The notes beneath the pieces are model-generated. The model was not told the origin of the DNA and did not search any database. It worked only from the letters and a program-made list of their open reading frames with translations. From NCBI GenBank assembly GCA_019058315.1, contig JAHPZH010000003.1, positions 652,451 through 716,450 on the forward strand: a stretch of DNA of 64,000 bases, read 5' to 3'. The stretch's first letter is position 1. Each line of letters opens with the position of its first letter. The DNA comes from Candidatus Helarchaeota archaeon. GTDB taxonomy: Archaea; Asgardarchaeota; Lokiarchaeia; Helarchaeales; RDOG01. Positions 39,228 through 49,099 of this stretch are shown here, piece after piece. The position numbers were made by a program, and so were the translations under genes.

Positions 39228-42200
39228 ATGTTTAATTTAACTCAAAATGATACTCTAAAACAAATTAATGAATTGCTACAGCAAGCAGCAGAAGAGGAGA
39301 ATAAATACAATTGGAATAAAGAAATTGAAATTTTGAAACGAGTAGACAAGATTAGTTCAGACTATAAATTAAGAGAAATTGAAGGCGACACTAATTATAA
39401 ATTGGGGGAGATATATGGAATTGCAGCTGACTTTGGAAATACTCAAGAAGAAATCGAAAATTTATTTCATTTATCCATAACAAGTTTTCAAAAAGCAGTT
39501 AATATATTTGAAGAATTAAAAATAGAACATAAGACAAATGCAGCATTAGGTCAAGTTAGCCTTCTTAAATCTATCTCTGGAGTTGAAGAAGGAAAAGAAA
39601 AAATTTTATTAGCATCAGTAATAAAACTTTTCAATAAAGCTAAAACTATTAATTTTGAGAGGGGAGATGCAAAAGAAACTTTAAAAATGGCAATTAGTGA
39701 GATTTCGGCTTTAGCATTTCTTTCTGGTAAAAGTGTTCTTCGCATTGATAAAAGAGTAGATCCAATAAAATTTCTTTCAGAATTTGATACTTTAATTAGT
39801 AAAGTCTGGAAAGAACTTAAAACTAAAGCAGATTTTCCTGAGATTTATATCTATCATTTTTTAAAGTCCATAACAGTATTTCTTGATGGGATGATTTGTT
39901 ATTTTCCTGCTAAAGGTTTTAATATTGAGCAATTTTATTTAAAGCAAATAGACGAAATCAAAGAATTTATCGAATTATTTGAAAACTCAAACAAAAACCT
40001 AATTTTTTGTGGAGCTCATATATTTTACTCATATGCGAATTCAGGATATGCAACTTTTTTTACTAATAATCAATTTGAAGTGAAAAAATATTATAATAAA
40101 GGACTTAAAAGGTTAAAGACAGCTGAAATTCTATTACAAAAATTCGAACTTAATAATAATATATTAAAAGTAATTTTCTACTCTAGTAGATTCATGGCTA
40201 CAGTAAATTTGTTAATCTTGGGTTATTCTACAAAAGATTTCAAGACATTTTTGGATGATTATGATTTTGGAATTAATTATGCTTTATTAATTTATCCTAG
40301 ATATATTGCTATATTTACTTTGATTCATCTAAATCTTCTTATATTAATGTTTGCTCATGCTCCTTTTATACCAGATATTGAACGTTTTAATATAGCTAAA
40401 AAATCTCTTGATATAATTAATTTGATAACACAAATATTTCCTATAATAAATGATCCGAGTAATACCTTAATAAATTTACAAAAAAATACTTGTTTAGGTT
40501 CAGCAAATGCAATATTAGGAGATTTGGCTAAAAAAGAGAAGGATAAATCAAGTTATCTTAATGAAGCTTCTAAAATTTTTTACACAACAGCTAAAGTTGA
40601 AATTGAAAAAGGAGAAGGTTCTTTTTTTTATGCCGGTCTTTATTATCATGCTTCTAGGACTGCAATGATATTAGCCAATAATAATTCAATAATATCAAAA
40701 CAAGTCGAATATTATCTGAAAGCAATTGATTTCTTATTAGTAAGCAAAGATTTCTTAATGAAAGATAATTATAGTTCTTTTCTTCTAGTTCAATACTTAA
40801 TCATAATTCCAAGCCTTTATTATAAGGTAGGAAGATTAACAAACGATGAAAAGATATTTAGAAAAGCTTATTCGGCTTATATAGATGCAATTACATATTA
40901 TAAAAACAGAGGGTATTCTAATTTAGTTGGCTCGGCTTATGTAAGAATTGCAGAAATTGAAGATCGACTTGGAAACTTCCTTTCTGCAGCAGATGATTAT
41001 CAAAAGGCTGTTGATTCTTACGAAAAAGCAATTCTAACACTCACCTATACCAGATTGGGTAAAAAAATTGAGACTTTAAAGAATTATTTAAAGGCATGGA
41101 ATTTAATTGAGATCGCGAAATCATTCCACGCAAATGAAGAACATGATCAAGCAGAATTGCACTATGAACAAGCCAGTAAATTGTTGAATTCTCTTCGTGA
41201 TTTTAGATATGAAGCCCCATTTTATATTGCTTGGGCCGCATTAGAGACTGCAGAAAATTTAAGTAAAAAAAATAAACATCAAGAATCTACTTTAATGTAT
41301 TTAGATTCTAAAAATAAGTTTGAAAATGCAATAGAAACTTTTAATTCTTTTTTTCATAAGAGGTCATTTTCACAAAGAGATAAAAATAGAATTTCAAAAT
41401 TGATAAAGGTCGCAGTCGTTAGGGAGCGATATTGTGATGCACGGTTCCAAATTGAAACCGCAAGGTTAGAAAGCAAAAAAGGAAATCACTTAATAGCTGC
41501 AGAATTATATAACAAAAGCAGTTCACTTTTTGAAAATTTATGTCACACTTATAGAATTGAGCGAGAAAAAGATGAATTAACTGCTGTATATTATTTATGT
41601 AAAGCTTGGGAACATATGGAACGGGCAGATGAAAAACAAAACGCATCCCTTTATGGGTTAGCTGCAGACCTATTTAAAAAAGCTGGGGATATATTTCCAG
41701 AGAGTAGGATGCAAAAACTATCCTTGGGAAATTCACTTTATTGTTCTGCTCTTCGATGTGGAAGTTTATTTGATAGAACTGCCGATTTAGATGACAAGAT
41801 TAAATTTTATAAAAAAATTAAAATGAATTTAAGAGAATCTTCAAAGAATTATCAATTAGGAGGTTTCGAGCAAGATGCTCAGTGGGCTTTAGCAACATCT
41901 ACCTTTTTTGATGGCATGTGGAATTTAATTCAAGCTGATAATGAAATTGATGGCTCTAAAAAAAGTCAATTTTTAAAAATAGCAACAAATTATCTCGAAT
42001 CGGCATCAAATATGTTTCAACATGCAGGATATACCCAAAAAAAAGATCTAATTTCAAATTATTTAAATATGATTAAAAATGAACAAGAAATTCTTACTTC
42101 TGCATTAAATGTTATTGAAAAGCCGGCAATTTCTGCAAGCAGCGTCGGAATTGTAGCTCCATCCTGTCCTATTGAAATTAGTTCCCAAATTAGCCTCGGG

Positions 42201-42641
42201 GAAATGCAGCAATACGATTTACAAACTGAATCTGAGATGAATTGGCGTAAAAGAATCCATCATATCTATTTCTATACTTCTGACGGTGGGTGTATTTATG
42301 ATCATGCCTTTAAAGTAGAAGAAGAAGTATCAGCTAATTTAGTTGCTGGGGGCTTAACAGGAGTTGATGCTTTAGTTCAGGAGGTTACTCGAACCGAAAC
42401 TAAAATAAAAATAATTGAAAAAGAAGACATGACTATTCTTCTAGAACACGGTAAGTACGTAAGTGCCGCCTTGGTTACAGACGAAAGCTTGATAACTTTA
42501 CGAAATAAATTAAAACAATCTATTCAAGAGATAGAAAATTTTTTCAAAGAAGAATTAGAGTGTTTTTCTGGAAATATAACTCCTTTCAATAAAATTGAAA
42601 AATTTGTTCATAAAATCTTTGAGCTTAAATCTAATTTGTAG
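39228..42641 (+). CDS. large alpha-solenoid (TPR/SNAP-like) protein with C-terminal longin-like domain
   Basis: Repeated A...Y..A...F helical hairpins; C-terminal IHHIYFYTSDGGCIY...LVAGGLTGV...LEHGKYVSAALVT. Confidence 0.78.
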   Translation: MFNLTQNDTLKQINELLQQAAEEENKYNWNKEIEILKRVDKISSDYKLREIEGDTNYKLGEIYGIAADFGNTQEEIENLFHLSITSFQKAVNIFEELKIEHKTNAALGQVSLLKSISGVEEGKEKILLASVIKLFNKAKTINFERGDAKETLKMAISEISALAFLSGKSVLRIDKRVDPIKFLSEFDTLISKVWKELKTKADFPEIYIYHFLKSITVFLDGMICYFPAKGFNIEQFYLKQIDEIKEFIELFENSNKNLIFCGAHIFYSYANSGYATFFTNNQFEVKKYYNKGLKRLKTAEILLQKFELNNNILKVIFYSSRFMATVNLLILGYSTKDFKTFLDDYDFGINYALLIYPRYIAIFTLIHLNLLILMFAHAPFIPDIERFNIAKKSLDIINLITQIFPIINDPSNTLINLQKNTCLGSANAILGDLAKKEKDKSSYLNEASKIFYTTAKVEIEKGEGSFFYAGLYYHASRTAMILANNNSIISKQVEYYLKAIDFLLVSKDFLMKDNYSSFLLVQYLIIIPSLYYKVGRLTNDEKIFRKAYSAYIDAITYYKNRGYSNLVGSAYVRIAEIEDRLGNFLSAADDYQKAVDSYEKAILTLTYTRLGKKIETLKNYLKAWNLIEIAKSFHANEEHDQAELHYEQASKLLNSLRDFRYEAPFYIAWAALETAENLSKKNKHQESTLMYLDSKNKFENAIETFNSFFHKRSFSQRDKNRISKLIKVAVVRERYCDARFQIETARLESKKGNHLIAAELYNKSSSLFENLCHTYRIEREKDELTAVYYLCKAWEHMERADEKQNASLYGLAADLFKKAGDIFPESRMQKLSLGNSLYCSALRCGSLFDRTADLDDKIKFYKKIKMNLRESSKNYQLGGFEQDAQWALATSTFFDGMWNLIQADNEIDGSKKSQFLKIATNYLESASNMFQHAGYTQKKDLISNYLNMIKNEQEILTSALNVIEKPAISASSVGIVAPSCPIEISSQISLGEMQQYDLQTESEMNWRKRIHHIYFYTSDGGCIYDHAFKVEEEVSANLVAGGLTGVDALVQEVTRTETKIKIIEKEDMTILLEHGKYVSAALVTDESLITLRNKLKQSIQEIENFFKEELECFSGNITPFNKIEKFVHKIFELKSNL

Positions 42642-42707
42642 ATAAAAAATGAAAAAGTGATCCTATTTTTAAATTTTATTTCTTAAAATCATTAATGAGG
42701 ATACTTA

Positions 42708-43652
42708 ATGAGTTCTGAACTAAATGAAATCCAGAATAAATTCAAAAATGCATTTGAAGAAGATTTCATTATTCTAGATGGGGTAGTAAAACCTGACAGA
42801 TATGATAAAAATTATTGGCTAGTTAGGATAAAACCTAAGAAAAGTGGTCTTTTCATCATTAATCATTTCTTCGAAGATGAAACTGTATCAAAGGATGGTT
42901 ATTGCCATAAATCTCACGAATTTCATATTAGTGTGAAAGAAAAAGGGACACGTCGTACGAATCGATATAATGCAGCGGGACAAAGAAAACAGACTTGTCC
43001 GGATATTTGGCTTGGTGACACATTAATAATCCCGATTTTTATCATGGACTACGCTAAAGACCATAGATTTAGCAAAAAAACAAAATGGGCTGAAAATATG
43101 GATTGGTTAAAAAATTTTCATTTTGATAAAGATAGAATGAAATATGATATAGAATTGGATAAAAAGGATATAATTGATAGGGAAATAATGAATAAGAACC
43201 TCCCAGAATTAGAAGGGATAACTGTTAGGCAATATGACGAAATTCCCAGAAGAGGGATAGATATAAATTTTGATTTATTATTTGAAGCTAGAGCACCTTC
43301 GAATTTTAATTTGAAATTAAGTGGAAGTGGTTTTGCGGATGTTATTATTCCAATAAGAATTGTTCCTATAGATCAACCAATTGAATCATTAGCAAGTTAT
43401 GCAATGTTTAATGAGGCAAATGATGAATATAATTCTGCTCATAATTTATGGTTTCACTTAAATATCGCTACTCTCCGTCCAGGCGACAGATTATTGCTTA
43501 ATTTCTTTAAAAAAAGGTTTTTAAACATAAAAGATAGTGAGGGGGTTAAAGATAAAATTAAAGATATAACAATTAGTAAACTACCATTTTCAGCAGAACA
43601 CCATTCTACTCTTATATACAATCCATACGATTACTGGCTAGATAATAAATAA
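42708..43652 (+). CDS. hypothetical protein
   Basis: 314-aa ORF, GAGG upstream; no recognised motif. Confidence 0.7.
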   Translation: MSSELNEIQNKFKNAFEEDFIILDGVVKPDRYDKNYWLVRIKPKKSGLFIINHFFEDETVSKDGYCHKSHEFHISVKEKGTRRTNRYNAAGQRKQTCPDIWLGDTLIIPIFIMDYAKDHRFSKKTKWAENMDWLKNFHFDKDRMKYDIELDKKDIIDREIMNKNLPELEGITVRQYDEIPRRGIDINFDLLFEARAPSNFNLKLSGSGFADVIIPIRIVPIDQPIESLASYAMFNEANDEYNSAHNLWFHLNIATLRPGDRLLLNFFKKRFLNIKDSEGVKDKIKDITISKLPFSAEHHSTLIYNPYDYWLDNK

Positions 43653-43699
43653 CTTGGAATGAGTTATAAATTTTGTAATTACCGCACCTTTAAGAACAA

Positions 43700-44011
43700 T
43701 TATAAACGGATTCCACCTTCTTTAATGGCATTTTCTAGCTCTTTATCCCTAAAGAAATCAACTTGTAAATTACATTTTTCACAGATTGTTAAAAACCCTG
43801 CTTTTCCCTCACCTTTATCCCAAGATTCATTAGAAGATTGAATTCCAAGCCAAAAAAGTTTTTCAGGAGTCTGTCCGCATTTTGGACAACTTTTTGCTTC
43901 ACTCAAATACATTTCTTTTGCAAATTTCATCGCAGTTGGAAATATAACCCAATCTATTTGGTCACGGTTTTTTTTAACTTCATCCCAGCTGAAAAATTTA
44001 CCTTCTTCCAT
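43700..44011 (-). CDS. zinc-ribbon protein
   Basis: CPKC...CEKC. Confidence 0.7.
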   Translation of the reverse strand: MEEGKFFSWDEVKKNRDQIDWVIFPTAMKFAKEMYLSEAKSCPKCGQTPEKLFWLGIQSSNESWDKGEGKAGFLTICEKCNLQVDFFRDKELENAIKEGGIRL

Positions 44012-44057
44012 AAAAATAACCTAAAAAACAACTAAATTTTTTTAAAACACAGTTAAA

Positions 44058-44157
44058 TGGGGTTGCTGAGATTTGAACTCAGGATCACCTGCGCCCCAGG
44101 CAGGTATCATACCAATCTAGGGTTGAATTTTATTCAAACTAGCTAGACCACAACCCC
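44058..44157 (-). tRNA. tRNA-Pro(GGG) with 26-nt intron in the D-loop (44115-44140)
   Basis: Acceptor GGGGTTG/CAACCCC+A; anticodon arm CCTGC-CTGGGGC-GCAGG; T-arm CTGAG-TTCAAAT-CTCAG; removing the insert restores a normal D-loop AGCTTGGTA; CCA not encoded. Confidence 0.92.
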
Positions 44158-44190
44158 ACAATAGAGTGGGACCTTATGTTTTATTAATTC

Positions 44191-44277
44191 ATTAAGTTGG
44201 CGGCGATGTCTTGCAGACACATGCTCCATTCAGCTCCAATAACGGTTTCGCATCCTTTCATAGCTTTGCCGCTTAAT
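44191..44277 (-). promoter_or_regulatory. putative SECIS element in selD 3'-UTR
   Basis: GC-rich structured island: outer stem ATTAAG-CGGC/GCCG..CTTAAT, ATGA, ATGC-GAAA-CCGTT...AATGG-A-GCAT, hairpin GTGTC-TGCAA-GACAT. Confidence 0.65.
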
Positions 44278-44278
44278 T

Positions 44279-45325
44279 TTAAGTTTTTTGATACTCTATA
44301 ATTTCAATGTTTTCGTTAATATTAACCTTTCCAGTTCCACGTATTACTTTCCCAATGACATAAGGCTTAACTCCATTTTTCTTCAGAAGATTTATTAAAT
44401 TCTCTAGGTTATCTTTGCTTACAGAAATCAACATCCCACCAGCAGTTTCCGCTGCTTTACCTTCTAATAAAGGATATCCAAAGGTTTCTGCCATTTCTTT
44501 TGTCCCTTTAATAATTGGTAATTTTTCGATTATTATATCAACATTACTTTGCTTTGCCATCTCTTCAGCATGCCCTTTTATTCCAAACCCTGTGACATCA
44601 GTTGCTGCATTGACTGAAATTTCTTGCATGACCTTTGCAACGGGTTTATTTGAAGTTATCATTATATTAACAGCGATATCAATTGCTTTTTCCATTTTTT
44701 CTTGAGAAATCAATTCAAAAATTTCTTTCATAGGTTCGGGTTCTTTTATTAATCTATATGCAGCCATCGCCGGTTGAATTCCTAATGGTTTAGTTAATAA
44801 AAGAAAATCTCCGTCTTTAGCACCATTTAAATAAATAAGTTTATCTAGATCCGCGACAGCGATAGCACAACCACCAAGTAGAGGCCAAGGATTTTGAATT
44901 GATTGTCCTCCAACAATAAGACATCCTTCTTTCACACAAAATTCATGAAATCCTTTTAGCATTTCAGTTGCAATTATTTCAGGCATTTCTGGAGGATAAG
45001 CAATAAGCGAAACCATACTTAATGGATCCGGCCAGCCCATGGTATATATATCATTTAATACATTACATGCACAAATTTTACCTTGAATAACTGGATCGTC
45101 AATGATAGGGGTGAAAACATCAATTGTTTGAATGATTGCTAATTTTTCATTAATTTTTATAACTGCGGAATCGTCACCAATTCCTGCTAGAAGTCGTTCA
45201 TCTTTCACCATTGTTAAACCAGAATTTTTGAGTAATTTGGAAAGGTCATATTGAGGAATTTTACATGATCATCCATGAACTTGAACTGCTTTTGTTAAAC
45301 GGAATTCCTCAGTTACTGAATTCAC
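44279..45325 (-). CDS. selD: selenophosphate synthetase, selenoprotein (UGA at 45269-45271)
   Basis: Frame extends 5' of the listed ORF: FRLTKAVQVHG-U-SCKIP (GUxCK active site); GDDSAV, DVFTPIIDDP, TKPLG, TDVTGFG, ETAGGML; start codon uncertain (GTG at 45325). Confidence 0.95.
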
Positions 45326-45409
45326 CTCCTTATAAAGAATTTTTTCTAAAGATTTGTTTTCTATTATTTTACAATTTAAATTATATATTTATTAATAAAT
45401 TTAATTTGT

Positions 45410-46546
45410 CTATTTTTGTTCTTTTATCTTTAAAATTGATTTAAGTTCCTCGTGTAGTGATTCTTTCAAAGCATCTTTACTCTTTATTTGGTCAAATTTT
45501 TCAGTACTTTTTAATTCAAGTGTTGTTTCTGGAGAAATTGATTGTATTGATTTTTTAAGAAATTCAATCCATTCAATTGTATTTTGATTGGCTTTTTCGA
45601 GCATTAAAAATCGGGATTCAATTGAAGAGGTCAAGTTAATTAATAGATTTAAAACTTGTTCTATTGAAGATCCCAATTCTTTTCCTTTTAATCCTGCTGA
45701 ACCTGTAATAATTAGATCACGAATACCTTTTATTACAGTTTTACTATCTCCCAAGCTGTTATAAATACTGTAAGGCGTTATTTCATATTCAAAATCTTTA
45801 AATTGAAATATTTCCTTGATTTCTTTTGATAGAAATTCAAATCTTTCTTTAATTTGTTCATCATCTTTGATATCGGGATCCATTTTATTTATTATAATTA
45901 GAAATCTAGGATTTTCTTTCAATAGCTCAACAATATTAGTAATCTCTTTCAGATAATCCAATGAATTCTCAAATTTCGAGGGATCTTGAATATCTATAAC
46001 AAACATTAAAAATACAATATTTAAAAAGTATCTATCTGCATTTTGTATATATTCTTTCCTATAAATCTCTTGTCCACCCATATCCACCATTACATATTTT
46101 AAACCTTTCTTATCATCGAATATTTTTTGATTTGGACCTAATGTTGGTGGTAATTGATCAAATATATCCAATTTTAATTTATCCTGGATAATTCGGAATA
46201 TTGCGGTCTTTCCAGCGTTATCCAATCCTACAATTGAAATTTTTTTAGATCCTAAAAACTCACCAATTTTACCTTCAGAAATCATCTTTGAAATAAACAT
46301 CCATACGTTTACATCATACGGATCAACACCTAACACTTTTAATGTTAGGAACTTGGAGTCATCTATTTCCATTCTTACGAAATCTTCAATTTTTCTTGCT
46401 TTTAATACATTATACATGGTAAAAGCTGCCTTACTACTGACTCCTTTAAAATAAGTCAAGTCTAATTTTAAAATATCTTTTAAATCCTTAATTTTTTCTG
46501 GGATATCTATAATATCTTTAAGTCTTTCACGAATTGATTCATTCAA
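45410..46546 (-). CDS. HhH-like/Arf-like GTPase/coiled-coil protein (array copy 4)
   Basis: LDLTYFKGVSSKAA; GLDNAGKT, PTLG, DMGGQ, NKMD; C-terminal coiled coil and LHEELKSILK. Confidence 0.88.
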   Translation of the reverse strand: MNESIRERLKDIIDIPEKIKDLKDILKLDLTYFKGVSSKAAFTMYNVLKARKIEDFVRMEIDDSKFLTLKVLGVDPYDVNVWMFISKMISEGKIGEFLGSKKISIVGLDNAGKTAIFRIIQDKLKLDIFDQLPPTLGPNQKIFDDKKGLKYVMVDMGGQEIYRKEYIQNADRYFLNIVFLMFVIDIQDPSKFENSLDYLKEITNIVELLKENPRFLIIINKMDPDIKDDEQIKERFEFLSKEIKEIFQFKDFEYEITPYSIYNSLGDSKTVIKGIRDLIITGSAGLKGKELGSSIEQVLNLLINLTSSIESRFLMLEKANQNTIEWIEFLKKSIQSISPETTLELKSTEKFDQIKSKDALKESLHEELKSILKIKEQK

Positions 46547-46577
46547 AAATACCTTCCTCCTTTAATTATTTTTTTGA

Positions 46578-47720
46578 TTATCCTATTTTTCTCATTTTTA
46601 ATAATTCCTTAAGTTCTGCTCGAAGAGATTGTTTTAAAGATTGAGTGTCTTGTAATTTTTTGAATCCTTTAGGGGCTTCTAATTTTGTAGGAAGTTCAGC
46701 TGGGATTTTAGGTTGAGGTGTTTTTGTATACGTACTCCATTCTCTAAAGTTTTGAATTGATTCTTCAATTTTTGAAAATCGTTCTTCCATCGTAGAACCA
46801 AAGGTGAGTACAATATTCATCATTCTTTCTAAGGATTCTATAACAAAATCTTTTAATTCTTGAAAACTTTCTGAATCAGTACTTAAAAAATCACGAATAT
46901 CTCTAACTACAGATTTATTATCCCCCAATGCATTAAAAATACTATAAGTTGTTATTTCATATTGGAAAGTTTTATCTTGTAGTATTTCATCTACCTTTTT
47001 TATTAAGTAGAGAACAGAACTTTGAATATCTTCTTGTTCCTTAATATCCGGATCTACTTTATGTATTATAACTAAAAATTCAGGATTTTCATTTAAAATT
47101 GACATAATTTTTATAATTTCTTCCAGATAGTGTAAAGCTTCCTCAAATTTATCTGGGTCTTGGACGTCAATAACAAAAATTAATAGACCAACTTTAAGAA
47201 AATACTTTTCAGCATGTTGGATATAGTCTTTTCTGTATGCTTGTTGACCACCCATATCTAAGATCATGTATTCAAAGCCAAGTTTTTCAATTACTTCTCT
47301 ATTAACACCTATTGTTGGTGCTAAACTACCAAATAAATCGATATTGACTTTATCTTGCAACACACGCAAAATAGCAGTTTTTCCAGCATTATCAAGACCC
47401 ACAAGAGATATTTTTCTCGGCCCAATATATTCTTCTATTTTACCTTTATTGAGGACTCTTGAAATAAAAACCCATACATTTAGGTCATAAGGATTAATTC
47501 CAAGAAATTTCAAATTCATGAATTCTTCTTCATTGATTTTTCTTTTTGCAAGGTCTTTTATTGTTTTAACATTTAGAACTTTTCGTAATACAGCAGCATC
47601 CTTAATACTGATTCCTTTGATGTGTGATAAATTAAGGTTTAAAATACGTTTAAGGGTTCTGACATTTTTTGGAATCTCAAGAAGATGTTCAAGCTTTTTG
47701 ACTATTGAATAACCCTTCAA
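46578..47720 (-). CDS. HhH-like/Arf-like GTPase/coiled-coil protein (array copy 3)
   Basis: LNLSHIKGISIKDA; GLDNAGKT, PTIG, DMGGQ, HKVD; Pro-rich linker; LRAELKELLKMRKI. Confidence 0.88.
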   Translation of the reverse strand: MKGYSIVKKLEHLLEIPKNVRTLKRILNLNLSHIKGISIKDAAVLRKVLNVKTIKDLAKRKINEEEFMNLKFLGINPYDLNVWVFISRVLNKGKIEEYIGPRKISLVGLDNAGKTAILRVLQDKVNIDLFGSLAPTIGVNREVIEKLGFEYMILDMGGQQAYRKDYIQHAEKYFLKVGLLIFVIDVQDPDKFEEALHYLEEIIKIMSILNENPEFLVIIHKVDPDIKEQEDIQSSVLYLIKKVDEILQDKTFQYEITTYSIFNALGDNKSVVRDIRDFLSTDSESFQELKDFVIESLERMMNIVLTFGSTMEERFSKIEESIQNFREWSTYTKTPQPKIPAELPTKLEAPKGFKKLQDTQSLKQSLRAELKELLKMRKIG

Positions 47721-47846
47721 TTTATCACCAATATATTCATCTAATCTTTACATTTATATAATTCTATATAAAAATTTATTAGAATTTTAAAGACTATTTA
47801 TCATTAGGAACAAACAACTTCTCTTAGTATAATTTAAAAACCTATT

Positions 47847-49043
47847 TTATATAAGATCATCATCTCGGGTCTTTAATATTTCATTTTTTTTCGATTTTAA
47901 TACAGATTTTAGCTCCTTGCGGAGAGCTTCGTTTAAAGTCTTAAAAATTTTTACTTTATCGGTTTCTGGGGAAGGTTTTGTTTCTACGGTGGGTTTGGGG
48001 GTAAATTCGTGAGTTGTACTGAAATGTTCCATCCAATTTCTAAAGTCTTGCATACCCATTTCAAGATTTGATAACCTTTGTTCTACAGTTGAACTAAGAT
48101 TTATCACTATATTTAAAATTCGTTCCATTGAACTTTGTAAAATTACTTCTTCCTTGTGTTTATGCTCAACATCAGGAGATATTACCCCACTAGTTATAAA
48201 TTCACGAATTTCTTTTACTACTGCTTTATTATCTCCAATAAAATTAAATATACTAAAGGTCGTTATGTCAAAAACAAAATCTTTATCTTTAAATATTTCA
48301 ATAACTTTATCCCCTAAGTAATTAATCGAATCTTGAATTTCCTTAAAATCAGAAATGTCAGGATCCACTTTATGAATTACAATTAGAAATTCTGGTTCTT
48401 CTTTTAATAATTCTACAGTTTTAATGACATCTTGTAAATATTTTAATGATTCATCAAATCTTTTCGGATCTTGCACATCTATAACATACATTAAAAATTC
48501 AACTTTAAGAAAATAGCTTTCAGCGTTTTGAATATATTGTTTCCTATAGGCTTCTTGTCCTCCCATATCGAGTATTACATGTTGCATGCCATATCTTTCA
48601 ATTATCTCTCGATTTGCCCCCACCGTTGGTGCTAACTTGCTAAATATATTTACATTGAGTTTATTTTGTATAGCGTTCAATATTGCAGTTTTTCCTGCGT
48701 TATCAAGACCAACAATCAAGGTTTTTGAAGGACCTAAATACTTACTAATTTTTGCTTCAGATATCATTTTAGAGAAAAAAGACCAAATATTTAAATCGAA
48801 TTCGCTTATGCCTAATGATTTTAACATTAAATATTCTGAGTCATTTACCTCTCTTCTTGCCATCTCTTCGATAGTCATAACATGTAATACATTTTTTAAT
48901 GTTGTTGCTATTTTTACATCGATTCCTTTAACATGAATTAAATCTAGTTTTGAAATTTCATTTAGAGTTCCTACTCTTGCTGGAATATCAATAAAATTAC
49001 TTAGTTTTTCCCTCATTGATTTATCTAAAGGTATTAATTCCAA
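47847..49043 (-). CDS. HhH-like/Arf-like GTPase/coiled-coil protein (array copy 2)
   Basis: LDLIHVKGIDVKIA; GLDNAGKT, PTVG, DMGGQ, HKVD; LRKELKSVLK. Confidence 0.88.
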   Translation of the reverse strand: MELIPLDKSMREKLSNFIDIPARVGTLNEISKLDLIHVKGIDVKIATTLKNVLHVMTIEEMARREVNDSEYLMLKSLGISEFDLNIWSFFSKMISEAKISKYLGPSKTLIVGLDNAGKTAILNAIQNKLNVNIFSKLAPTVGANREIIERYGMQHVILDMGGQEAYRKQYIQNAESYFLKVEFLMYVIDVQDPKRFDESLKYLQDVIKTVELLKEEPEFLIVIHKVDPDISDFKEIQDSINYLGDKVIEIFKDKDFVFDITTFSIFNFIGDNKAVVKEIREFITSGVISPDVEHKHKEEVILQSSMERILNIVINLSSTVEQRLSNLEMGMQDFRNWMEHFSTTHEFTPKPTVETKPSPETDKVKIFKTLNEALRKELKSVLKSKKNEILKTRDDDLI

Positions 49044-49099
49044 AAAAATTTACCTCCAATATTATATAATAAGAATTTAAAAAAGGATTTTCTCTTTTT

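Noticed and set aside
44184-44261. 25-codon ORF (MKGCETVIGAEWSMCLQDIAANLMN) on the minus strand behind selD
   Set aside because: Coincides with the base-paired SECIS-like structure, has no RBS, and its ATG is the ATGA motif; better explained as structured RNA
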